Part shown: positions 1 through 11,369 of the stretch, piece after piece | How positions within the stretch are numbered: the stretch's first letter is position 1 | Layout of the letters: every line of letters starts with the position of its first letter | Assembly (NCBI RefSeq): GCF_032191835.1 | Contig: NC_083234.1 | Span: 40,796,001 to 40,860,000 of the forward strand | Length of the DNA stretch: 64,000 nt | Direction of reading: 5' to 3' | From: Heteronotia binoei | Lineage: Eukaryota | Notes under the pieces: model-generated | Database searches by the model: none | Seen by the model: only the letters and a program-made list of their open reading frames with translations | What the model was told of the DNA's origin: nothing | Program-made: the position numbers and the translations under genes

Positions 1-1211
1 GGATCACAAGCAGCAAAAAAGAAAAAAATGAAATAATAATGTTGCTGATGGCAGGATTTTTATACTCTATATTATGCAGTCCAGCTCAACCTAGATGTGA
101 TGCTGCAGAATATACTCTTAACACTTTTTCAGGTATATTAGGATTCCTATTTTGCAGGATTGTATCCTTTCCAAGGTGCTTGAAAATTATTTTTTGTGTG
201 TGGGAGATGGGGTGTGTGAAGGGTACTTGTCCCCTTGTGGAATTTGGGCCTCTGGAGGTACTTAGCACTCTGTGGAACCAAACCTAAAGCCTGTATTGCT
301 CAGTACAGGCCACTGGGGTAGAAGCTTGTTATAGTGTGGATTTCAAGTACAGGAGGGGAGCATACAACCTCTCTGACAAGAATATTTCACCATGTTATGG
401 AGTCTTGCTTCACATGTGAGACTTCCTTCAGTTACAGTAGCCCTAAGAATTGTGTTGGTACATGAACTTTAATGTGCAAGAAATTGTGGCTCCATTGAAA
501 TCCCGAAGATTCTTGCTATTTAGCTTAGTGAAAAAAATAAGATTTTTCACTTGACATTGTGTACCATAAACGCACACCAGTAATGGAAACCAGAGGTAGC
601 CCAACCCAATGGGCGGCGCAGGCACTGCCTGGGGTGACAAAATTTCAGGGGCTCTCAGCTAATTGGAAAAAAATGTTCCGGGAGAATACAATCCATCCCC
701 ATCCCAGACTCTTAGGGTAACATAGTCTAATGCATGGGAGCAATTATATTTCTCTTCCCTCCATTCAAGTGAATGGAGTGAAAAGATCCATGCACCTGTA
801 TGCAGCAAGGAAAAAAGGCTGCAACTGGTGGGGGGAAATTAAGCAAGGAGAGTACAGTTGTTCCCACACACAATACAGGATGCAAGGGGATGGGGAGAGC
901 AAAATAGATTGAGTTAGTTCTGGAGACCAAACAGAGGCTAAAATTGCTCTCATACTTAAGAACTGCCTGGTATACACATAGCTACAATTAAAATTTACAC
1001 CAGTTAATAGAATAAATCCTTAGAACTGATGGGAAATAGTGGTCACTTAGTGTAAAATATAATTGAAGCCCATTCATCCACTAAGAATTATGTTTGGCCT
1101 TATAATACCTGCAGAGTCCCACTCCAGAATGGGGGTTGGCTTATCTTTTCAAAAATATGTGCATAATTTTCATTGTGATTTTTTTCGCACTTTAGATATT
1201 TTTGTGCCATT

Positions 1212-1265
1212 TATATATATATATATATACACACACACACAACCACACACACACACACATATATA
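1212..1265. repeat. Compound (TA)n(CA)n microsatellite
   Basis: Direct reading: tatatatatatatatatacacacacacac...acacacatatata. Confidence 0.95.
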
Positions 1266-1697
1266 AAAGTATGTATTTATAATTTAATTTTTTTGCCAAG
1301 TACTGGAATAAACAGTGAGCATATCTGGTATATGTCATTATTTATTTATAAGATTCTGGGGGTTTGTTTTTAAAAAGCAAAAACAAAAAACCCACCTCCA
1401 TTGTTCATATAAAGATTATTTGAAACATATTGCAGCAACAAGAAAGATGCAAGTTATTTTCTCTGCTTATTTTTATAATTAAAAAGATGCATAACATTAT
1501 GAAGCCTATGGTGGATTCCTTATAAGAGAAAATTAAAAAAAAATGGCTGATTTAAGTGTCTGCCTTCTTTTTTTTGAGGGGGGGGATGTTTTTTGTCAAA
1601 CTTCAGTGTTGATTTTCCATTGAATGTAGCAGAAGACCAAAATGATCCTCCTTGAACCAAGGGCCTTGGAAAGCTGCATTTTATCCAGTCAGAGCAT

Positions 1698-1850
1698 GGT
1701 CCATTGTCTACTCTGCCTAGCTGTCAGGCAGAGACAGATCCCTCCCAGCTGCAGCTACCTGAGGTTCTTTACCTAGAAATGTCAGGGATGGAATGTAGGC
1801 ATTCTGCATATGTACAGCATGGGGTCTATCACCTGAGCCACAACCCCTCC
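1698..1850 (-). mobile_element. Degenerate tRNA-derived SINE (Squam2-like)
   Basis: Resembles the young copy at 33314-33524 (cctgagccac, ggtccattgtcta) but is heavily diverged. Confidence 0.55.
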
Positions 1851-2087
1851 CCACTAAGGAATAGAGACTATTTTGCAGGAATGCAGTATATTCATGTGGT
1901 CTTTTAAAATATCTTAAATTCATCTAAGACCACTGACAAAACATCTGCCTCAGTGTTTGCACTGAAACAGCCTTAGATCCTCGGGATCATTGGTCCATCT
2001 GCCTCAGTGCAGTCTGCTCTGACAGCAGCTCTTCAGGGTCTCAGACCACAGGTCTTTTCATGGCTCTGCAGTCCTTTACCTTGAGAT

Positions 2088-2279
2088 CAGTGTTCCCTCT
2101 AAGCTGAGTTAGTGTGAGCTAGCTCAGTTTTTTAGCCTTTAGCTCACACATTTTTGTCTTAACTCAGGAAAAATGGCCCCAGAGCAAACTAATTTATACA
2201 GTCACTCACAACTTTGATGCCAGTAGCTCATAAAGTAGAATTTTTGCTCACAAGACTTTACAGCTTAGACGGAGTGTCG
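2088..2279 (+). mobile_element. hAT MITE, CAGTGTTCCCTCTAAGCTG TIR family, copy 1
   Basis: 5' end cagtgttccctctaagctg; degenerate 3' end cagcttagacggagtgtcg; perfect 8-bp TSD CTTGAGAT at 2080-2087 and 2280-2287; paralog at 7356-7547. Confidence 0.9.
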
Positions 2280-2730
2280 CTTGAGATTGATCCTGGGACA
2301 TGTTAAGTATTATTTCAATTTAATCAACAGGGAATGAGCTACTGGTTAACAATTACACATCTCAATGCTTCAGGGTGCTCTCAGTCCAATAATAGCCATC
2401 AGACTTTGTTTCCTCTAGCTTATCTGAATATGCTTCTTTTAGAACTAAGGGTGTGGCTTCTACTCCCATTGTTACTGAGGCTTCCTACAGCAATCCTATA
2501 CTGCTGTCCTGGCCACTGGTACTCTGATGAAGAGAGTCTCTGTGGGAGTTAGGCTGCACCAGGTAGAAAATGGCTTCCCTGCTTTCCCTTCACTGCAGAA
2601 GAACCCACCATGCACAAGTGAGTTCTGACATATGGCTCCTTCATATCAAGAGGGAAATGTTCTGGCTGTATATGTGCCCAGTTAAGATTATAGTCTTATG
2701 TCAGCTGTCTTTGTGAATTTAAGATATTTC

Positions 2731-2838
2731 CAGGGCTTTTTTGATAGAAAAAGCCCAGCAGTAACTCATTTGCATATTAGGTCACATGCTCTGATACCAA
2801 CCCAACTGCGTTCCTGTGCATTCCTGCTCAAAGCCCTG
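2731..2838 (-). mobile_element. Short hAT MITE, CAGGGCTTTTT TIR family
   Basis: Ends cagggcttttttg and aaagccctg; perfect 8-bp TSD GATATTTC at 2723-2730 and 2839-2846; contains octamer ATTTGCAT. Confidence 0.9.
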
Positions 2839-4033
2839 GATATTTCTGAATCCATGTCTTAATATGAACGTCAGATTATATGTTCATCTAGCTTGGTATT
2901 ACTGTCTATTCTGATTGACAGCAACTTCCCCAGTTCTCAAGCACTGAAAGGACTTTACCAGGTTCTGCTACCTGAAATGTCAATGACTGAACAAGGGATG
3001 GTTATTGTACCAAAGAACCTGTAATTATTGACCCATAGTCCTTTCTTAAATTATTGTACTTGGACCAGAACACATTCTAGGCCTCAGGTCTAATACTGTG
3101 ATGTATCCCCTGTAATCATCTATAAGATGAGTGCTCAGGGATAAACTAGAAATCTAAGCCTACCCTTCATAAATGTATGCTTTTGAACTTCCAAGGGCTT
3201 GGGGAAAGGGAAGGCAGAAGTTACTAGTTCATCTATAACAGGTGTGTGTAGGAGCTTTAATAAAGAGTTGAGATATGATCTAACATGAAAGAACAGCACA
3301 CCAAAGATAAAAGTATCTTTTAAACAGCTACAGATTTGTAATGTTTCTCTAGGGGATAGAACTAATCTTGATTTTTCATGGACAGGTTTCTATCGTCCTA
3401 TCCAATGAACCTCTTAGCAAGGGAGTTGGTTAGCTATAACTCCTGCAGAGATCCACTTAATATCATGCAAAAGAACACTCAAATCTGATTTCTTGATGGA
3501 AAAGAAATAACACTGGTTTGAGCAGACTAATTTTATTCAGAAGAACAAAGACTGCATTCTAATAAAATTTCACTTTTTATTCCACTATCACATGATGCTT
3601 ACTGAGATGAGAAATTGTTCAGATCACTGGAAGAAAAATGCATTGTTTCCAAATTAAGGGCAGAAAAGGAACGAATCTGTTGAAAGCTATGCTACCCAGT
3701 GTTTTCATAGGAGAGATCAGTGTGGGTATCAACATTTTCTAGCACAATCCTCAGCTGGGGTCTGGATCAACTTCCACAGTTAACCCAGGTGATCTTCCAT
3801 ATTGACCTTTCCACCCTTCCAACTATGCTTCTCTAGGGATGGTTCACTACCACAAAGCAGCTGGAGAATGTGAGGGCAGTTAACCCTTCCTACCCCTACA
3901 TAATTTTGCCAATCAAAACTGATACCACCATCACTCCCACATCACAGAAAGGCAAAAACAGAGTCCCACACACCCAGAGAGCTAATTACACTCTGGAAGG
4001 AGGGATTGGTTTTATTATAAAACTCTGCAAAGG

Positions 4034-4225
4034 CAGGGCTTTTTTTATCAGGAACACACAGGAACGCAGTTCCAGCTGGCTCGGCATCGAGGTGTGTGGT
4101 CTAATATGCAAATGATTCCTGCTGGGCTTTTTCTACAAAAAAGCTCTGTGTGAAACAATGGTGGCATCAGGGGGTGTGGCTTAATTTGCAAATGAGTTCC
4201 TGCTGGGGGGTTTCTAAAAAAACAA
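4034..4225 (+). mobile_element. hAT MITE, CAGGGCTTTTT family, with duplicated 3' half
   Basis: cagggctttttttatcagg ... ctacaaaaaagctctg at 4148, then a second copy of the ggtgtgg-ctaat-tgcaaatgagttcctgctgg segment; homologous to 2731-2838 and 9223-9366. Confidence 0.8.
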
Positions 4226-6964
4226 CAACATCTGAACATGAATAATCCTGCTAGCTAGTTCCATAACACTGATTAGCTACAAGAGGAGGGGGAGTGTAGC
4301 AGAGTCCCAGCATTGTGAGTGCAAGGGAGCCCAAGTGATGAGAAGCTGAGATAAGGAGGAAGGCCAGGGGACTATACCCTCTTTTCTTCAGAGCAGCAAG
4401 CTTAAACCACACAGTACAGGACTTAGTTTTTATTTCTAAAGTCTTAAGGGCAAAAACAATTATGAAACTAGAAAGCATCTGGGATGCATCCAGCATTTCC
4501 TCCCTTGTCAAATGTATGATTATCTACTTACAGGGCAGAGGCAATGATATGTGCCCAATGCTATGATCTTCTGGCCCTTAGTGAACAGGTTTGTTCCCGT
4601 GAAGCTCAAGTTTTTCACTTGGAGAAGCAGAAATGTTTGCAGCTCAGTCCTTCAGGGATATGATAGAGGTATCCCCGCCCCACTCCCAAGCTGCCATCGC
4701 CACTGGCAAATACATGTCTCAGGGCAAAAGGGGGTCCCAAATTTAATATGGGGTGTAATAGACATACCCCTTCATTACATTTATACAGTGCTTCCTGCAA
4801 AATATGAAGTTTATGCACACTGGCTTCTTGTAACCCATGTAAGGCAGTTCACTATCATCCTCAACTTGCAAATGGGGAGATAACCTTGAGTGAGTCTTTG
4901 GCAGCTGTGAGATATGAACCAGTGGTTTCAGAAATTCTGTTACACTATACTAGCTCCATGTCCCCATGCCATATGGCACAGAGTCTTTTTTCACCCAGAA
5001 CTAGGCCTACAATCATACTCTATGCAATGCAGTGCTAGATAGTTGCACATGTGTCTTCCAGATAAAAAAGACCCACCTGGACAATGGAGCTGTGTACATA
5101 TAGATCCTGTCATAATATATAAAGAAGAGCATCAAGTGAAATGGAGGACCACAAGGTTGGATAATATCCTTCCTCACCCTTTCCTTAAAAATCTGTGCAT
5201 ACCAGCAACTGTACACATTCATTCCTGGCTACAGGATGGAGTTTTACAACACACAAAAAATATAAACTTATTTGCATGCAGTATTTCTCATCTAGCTAGA
5301 AAAACCTCCTGCAATGCACACATGGGTCTTCACTAGATCATGGCAACCAAGTCAATTACTTCTGTTTGCATGTGGTGAAAGAAAGCAAAACACAGCCAAA
5401 GAAATTGAAGACAACCACAGTCAAAGTACCTCTGATGAGATTTTTTTTAAAACCAAAACATTTTATTGTATTCCAATTTGCCTTTAATAGCTTTACAAAC
5501 TAGTAGTTGAGGGTGGTTCACCACAAGGGAACATATTTGAAATACAACCTGTCTCCCTAAAGCCTGCAGGATGAATTATTTAAACACTATTGGCTTGTGT
5601 GCCCTGTAGAAACACAAGCCAAGCTAATGAATGACATTTGATAACCAGAGGCCTGCCTCACTGCTGCTAATCAGACACAAGAATGACATCATCTATAGGA
5701 TGCTGATGTCTGAAGTATTCCTGGTTCAGTAAATCCATGTAAGTCACTGCTAGGGTTGACTCCTTATTCTTGTAGGGTTAAAACAAAATCTTGCTGGGGG
5801 AGGAGGAGAATTTCCTCATTGGTCATGCTCCATCCTACTTTCTGGTATTTCACAGATGGAAATAAGGACATGGTTAACACCTGCACTCTCATACTAAGGA
5901 TCACTATTGATTTTTTTAAAGAATCATACACCACCAGAATCCTGTCTGAGATGGATCATTACCCAAGGCCTCACCTATATAATGCTGAAGGCTCTATATG
6001 TTACATTTGTTTATTTTTTTAAAAGCAGAATTTTAAAATCCACTGATGGTGTTTTGTTTTTCTGTTTGGAGACATACTTGCAAAAGCACAGTTGTTTTAG
6101 CAGTTCAAAGCATACCTCAGCTGCTACACTGCGTGAAATGGCAGGCTGTGCATTACATGGTGCAACAGTGTTCACATTCACATAATTACTTGCAGATGCA
6201 TGAAAGACAAGATGCATCCTACACAGTGAGAGCACCAGCACTTCACACTCACAAAATTGTAATAAAGTATCCCAAAAAGGCAATTGTGAGGACAAAACAG
6301 GGACAGTGATTTAGCAAGGACAGGGACCAGAAAATATGAACCACCTGGATCACGATGCATTCCAGTTCTGCTTCCTGCTCTGTAGAGATTCCCTCTGGAT
6401 TAAGACTTCTGCTGCTTCACACACCCACCCTCCAAAACAGTTTTTCTCTCAACCAACTCACACAGGCAGAATCCTGGTCTCAGAACACACCCTGGCTGGT
6501 AGGTGTGTGCATTAATGAGTAGCCACCAGCCTATAAAAAACATTGAAGCAGCATCTACCAGTAAGCACCCAGTGAGAAAACAACTGGCTAGGGAAAAGGT
6601 AATCTTCACTCATGTATACATAATACAGTATGTATGTACTATTACATAATAATATCAGGTACTGTGTCCTTTGAATTTATGACCTTTCAACCTTGTCGTT
6701 TACAGTTTTTTTTCCAGCAGTCACATAGGCTCTGGTATCTGGAAACTTGTCCCACAATAAAAATGTATTATTCTTTAAGGTGCAACAAGACTCCTGTTTG
6801 TTTTTTATCTTCCCACTTGGTGACCAATACAATATTTGGTCTGAAGTACCAAAATGCCTCAGACCATTCCTGCATTTTCATGACACTCCAGACACTACCT
6901 AAAGACGTTGCCAGCCCCAGTAGGAATTAGACCAGAGATGTGTGACTGCCACTGAAAACAGCAG

Positions 6965-7292
6965 CGGTGCTGGATTAATCCCTGTGGAGGCCCCTAGGCA
7001 TTCAAAATCTCGAGGGCCTCCTCGCAAATTATCTCAGAGTTGGAACACCCGCCCCACCAACCATGACCCCCGCTGCAGCCTGCAGGCACCTTCTCAAAAG
7101 CCCCTTTGACAAAGCTGCGGGAGGAAGGCAGAGAGAGGCAAACTTGCAGCTGCACCAGGCAAGTCAGGCAAAGAGCAGCTCAGTTGCTGGCTGAGAGGGC
7201 TGCAAGCAGGGGGGAAAGCTGACCCAGGGCCCCTAAAGGCATGGGGGCCCATAGGTCAGTGCCTACTTTGCCTAATTGTTAATCCAGCCCTG
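6965..7292. mobile_element. hAT-type MITE with (CAGG)GCTGGATTAA TIRs
   Basis: Left gctggattaa and right ttaatccagccctg are inverted termini around a GC-rich core. Confidence 0.7.
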
Positions 7293-7355
7293 TCTGTGTC
7301 TCTTCTTCACTCTCATTTGTGAGACCTAACAATACATGATACACTATGTAACAAC

Positions 7356-7547
7356 CACTATTCCCTCTAAGCTGAGTTAGTGTGAGCTAGCTCACATATT
7401 TTTAGCCTCAAGCTCACATATTTTTGTCTTAGCAAGAAATATGGCCCTAGAGCAAACTAATGAATGCCGTAGCTCACAACTTTAATGCCAGTAGTTCACA
7501 AAGCAGAATTTTTGCTCACAAGACTCTGCAGCTTAGAGGGAACATAA
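7356..7547 (+). mobile_element. hAT MITE, CAGTGTTCCCTCTAAGCTG family, copy 2
   Basis: Co-linear with 2088-2279; TSD GTAACAAC/GTGACAAC (7/8). Confidence 0.9.
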
Positions 7548-8698
7548 GTGACAACACCATAGTAAAAGTTCCCCACAGGCACTCCATTTCATCAGCTGCT
7601 GCTTGCAGGGGTATAAAATCCTGCAATATGGTAATATCATTTCATGCCTCACAAACATTAACGAGGAGAGAAGGAGCTGCTGGGCTGCTAATTTCAGCGG
7701 TAGCCAAAATCTCCTATCACATTTACTTACAGCCTTTGATCTACTCTGAGATCACAGAGTATCATAAAAGAATCTGGACTATTTTTCCTCCTCCTCAATT
7801 TCCTTAATTTCTAGATGCTTAACTTTTATATGGGCCCTTCTTTGCATCAGAACAACAAACAATGTGAATGGTCAAGTCACTGCTCGCCATCAGAACTGAG
7901 ATGAGTGGGCACTGGGAGATGATTTTGATATGGCTCAGAACCAAGGGTTGACCACTATTCTTGTCTTCTTTAGCTCTGTTATGCGACAAAGAGAAAAAAC
8001 ACCTAAAACTTTCCTGGCCCTCACCCTTCCTGCTTCTCCTTTTTCCCTTCCCACACCCCCCCACCCCTGCCCCCAACGGCTAAGGAAGGAAAGGAACAAG
8101 AAACCTTTTGGCACTTAAAATGACTGTGTGTAAAATGGTTGGGTGTGAAGCTTGCAGTTATTTCTCTTCCCAAAGTTGGGAAAGGTTTTTTGCTTCTTTA
8201 CCACTACCCTTCAAATTATTTTAAATCTTTCATGTCTGGAACTTCCTTGTACCCCAAACGTGACTGAAAGGTTTTGAATATAACAGAGAAAGCTATTTTA
8301 ATATATAAATTACACTGCTATCCCACCTTACTTCGGGACAGTGAACATAGCTTCTCATTTTACTTTTACCATAAATCAGGCAGAGAGAAGAGAATAACTG
8401 AGTTTCATGATGAGCAGAGATTCAAATGTAGGTCTCGCATTTTAATCTACCAAGCATTGCCAACTACCAGGTACTCCTCTGCTCCATTCCTTGGCAAGCC
8501 CCTTGTTTTGAGCCCCTCAAATGGCATTACCCACGACTCTATTCTTCATCTCTGTCAGAAACATTTTTTCTGCTTAGCCTACATCTGTAATGTGATTATG
8601 AATTGATGTTGTAAAGAACAACTACATTTCACCAGCTATGTAAGCTCAAATATAGGGGCCTTGTGGCCAGGGTTGTTATTGGGCCTCACATACCCACA

Positions 8699-9172
8699 TA
8701 GGGTTGCCAGGTCTGACTCAAGAAATATCTGGGGAGTTTGGGGGTGGAGCCAGGAGCAACAGTTTGACAAGCACAATTGAACTCTGAAGGGAATTCTGGC
8801 CGTCACATTTAAAGGGACCGCATGCCTTTTAAATGCCTTCCTTCTATTTGGAAATAATGGATAGGGACACCTTTTTGGGGGGTGGGTAATGGAATTGGAC
8901 TCCAGGTCCAATCTTTTTGAAACTTGGTGGGTATTTTGAGAAGAAGCATTGAATGCTATGCTGAAAATTTGATGCCTCTATCAAATTCCCCCCCCCCACA
9001 AGCCCCAGATAGCTCAATTCTCTATTATGCCCTGTGGGAATTGGTCTCCATGGTATAATGGAGTGCCCAACAGACATTTCCCCCCCCCATGCACTTTCTG
9101 ATGACCCTGAAACAGGGGGAGGGCCTCCAAAATAGGGGATTCCCTGCCCCCAATTGGGGATTGACAACCCTA
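8699..9172 (+). mobile_element. hAT MITE, TAGGGTTGCCA TIR family
   Basis: tagggttgcca ... tgacaacccta; perfect 8-bp TSD TACCCACA at 8691-8698 and 9173-9180. Confidence 0.93.
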
Positions 9173-9222
9173 TACCCACAACACATTTCCAATTATATAC
9201 AAAACAGAACAACAACTCTTAC

Positions 9223-9366
9223 CAGGGCATTTTTTGAGAAGGAACGCACAGGAACACAGTTTTGGCTGGCTTGGTGTCAGGGGGTGTGGCCTAATATGCA
9301 AATGAGTTCCTGCTGGACTTTCTACAAAAAAGCCCTGTGCAGAAAAATGGTGATGTCAGGGGTGTA
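9223..9366 (+). mobile_element. hAT MITE, CAGGGCTTTTT family
   Basis: cagggcattttttgag ... ctacaaaaaagccctg at 9337; homologous to 4034-4225. Confidence 0.8.
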
Positions 9367-9774
9367 AATGAGTAAATTTCCCCAGTGAGATCACAAAAGT
9401 GTGTGCATGCTGTGCTTATTTTGGCTACTTTGTGAGTGTGTGGGTGTGCGTGCGTGTGTTCACTTTCATTTAGTGGAAGTGTAGCTCCTGGGGGACAAGG
9501 AAATAAAGATTGCATTCAGTGGAAATGAACTGCTGCATTTTTATTTGTTTGTTTCAGGGAATGGGAAAGTTTCCTGGCTCCACCCCACCCCCCCAAAAAA
9601 GTCTCCCAGCTCCATCCCAAAGTCCTTAGGTATCTTCTGAGTTGGGCCTGGCAATCCTAGTCTCTTCCCAAATCCTGATCTGACACTAACCATGACATCA
9701 TACTAATTTTATTTTATTTTATAGGCAGTTTTTAGAGACACCTGAGAGGGTTTTTTATATATGTTTAGTTAACA

Positions 9775-10563
9775 TATGGCCAAGGATCTGCCTACCTTAG
9801 GGACCGTCTCTCCCCACATGTTCCTCAAAAGGTACTTAGATCAGGAACAGAACATCTATTATTGATCCCCAGGCTGAGGAAGGCAAGACTGAAAACAACT
9901 AGAGAAAGAGCCTTCTCCAAGGCTTGATAGCCTGTGATAAAATCTCTTTTCTTTTTTTTAATGATTGTTACGATACTGTAAGTTGAAACCAAAGCTATGA
10001 ATTTTGTTTTTTGTTTTTGTCTTATTATTTAACAGATCCTGGTTGAAGAACAAGCGTACTTACTTCTGACAGTAGGGTAATTGATCCTTGAACAATTTTT
10101 AAATGTTTAAACAGTGTTTAAAGCAGAATGTAATCGTAAAATCTACTTTTCTTATTCCCCCTTTCCCTGCTCTTGCTGTTTCCTTACCTAAAATTTCAAT
10201 AAAAATCTTTGATTGATTGAGAAAGAGCCATCACTGCTGCACACTGGTGGAACCAACTGCCTGAGGAGGTCAGAGCTTTGAGGGAACTTGCCCAGTTCCG
10301 CAAGGCTTGCAAGACAATATTATTCCAGTTAGCTTTTAACTGAATGACGACCACTGCCGCGATTTTAGACCCAATTGGATGCCTAGGAACACTGGATGCC
10401 ATCCTAAATCATACAGAATTAGCACCAAATTGTTTAAACTGTTTTAAATTGTTTATTTTAATGTTTAATCTAACTGTTTTTATTGTTATTCTATTATGTT
10501 GTGAGCCGCCCTGAGCCTGGTTCGGCAGGGAGAGCGGGATATAAATCAAATAAACTAAACTAA
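9775..10563 (+). mobile_element. L2 LINE 3' fragment interrupted by a ~306-bp insertion
   Basis: agggaccgtctctccc, ctggtggaaccaactgcctgaggaggtcag, and terminal gtgagccgccctgagcc...tataaatcaaataaactaaac typical of squamate L2 3' ends. Confidence 0.75.
9913..10218 (+). mobile_element. AT-rich retroposed 3' end (L1-like) with 11-bp TSD
   Basis: Flanked by GAGAAAGAGCC at 9902-9912 and 10219-10229; ends with aataaaaatctttgattgatt. Family assignment is tentative. Confidence 0.55.
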
Positions 10564-10947
10564 CATCCTTCTCTCATCAATTTATGGATTTGAAAAATTC
10601 TATGAATTTCTCAGGGTCAGATATCATAGCTATTTTTGATAATATTATCTCTTTACTTAATTCCTACTTGACTACAGACAGTTGTCATTGCTATATAAGA
10701 GTGTGTTGGTTGGAAGAGAAGTAGAATATGACTGGTTCAATGGGTAACCCTGTACCCACTCACGGAGACAAAGAAGCAGGACTTGACTGCTGGAAAACAA
10801 TAGTTAGAAAAGGACAGCTGAAAATGACAGTTTGGGGGTGTATAGACTAAGGCTAGTGATGGAATCTGGGGAGTTTTGAGGTTTCACTGTTAAAATAACA
10901 GAGGAAAAGTTACAGTTACCAGTTTCAAATTTGTTCAGGTCTAATTA

Positions 10948-11369
10948 CATGATACAGAGTGGTAAATTTCAGTACTGCAGTCCAAGTTGTGCTCACAATC
11001 TTAGTTCAATCCCGGCAGAAGTTGGGTTCAGGTTCAGGTAGCCATTTCAACTTCTAGTGTCTCGGCCCCACTGATGGACCTCCTGATGGCACCTGGGGTT
11101 TTTGGCCACTGTGTGACACAGTGTTGGTCTGGATGGGCCATTGGCCTGATCCAACATGGCTTCTCTTATGTTCTAATGTTCAAGGTTGACTTAGCCTTCC
11201 ACCTTTTCAAGGTCAGTAAAATGAGTACCCAGCTTTCTGTGGGTAAAGTGTAGATGACTGGGGAAGGCAATGGCAAACAAAAAGTCTGCCAAGAAAACAC
11301 TGTGATGTGACATCACCCCACGGGTCAGTAATGACTAGGTACTTTAAAAGGGGACTACCTTTACCTTTA
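10948..11369 (+). mobile_element. Sauria SINE (Squam1), interrupted
   Basis: cagtactgcag head, caaggttgact..gccttcca, ggtcagtaaaatgagtacccag, ggggaaggcaatggcaaac, and tail ggggactacctttaccttta. Confidence 0.85.
11045..11179 (+). mobile_element. CR1 LINE 3' tail nested in the Sauria SINE
   Basis: ggccccactgatggacctcctgatggcacctgggg...ggcctgatccaacatggcttctcttatgttc; same tail as 29745-29915 and the 67-bp array. Confidence 0.85.
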
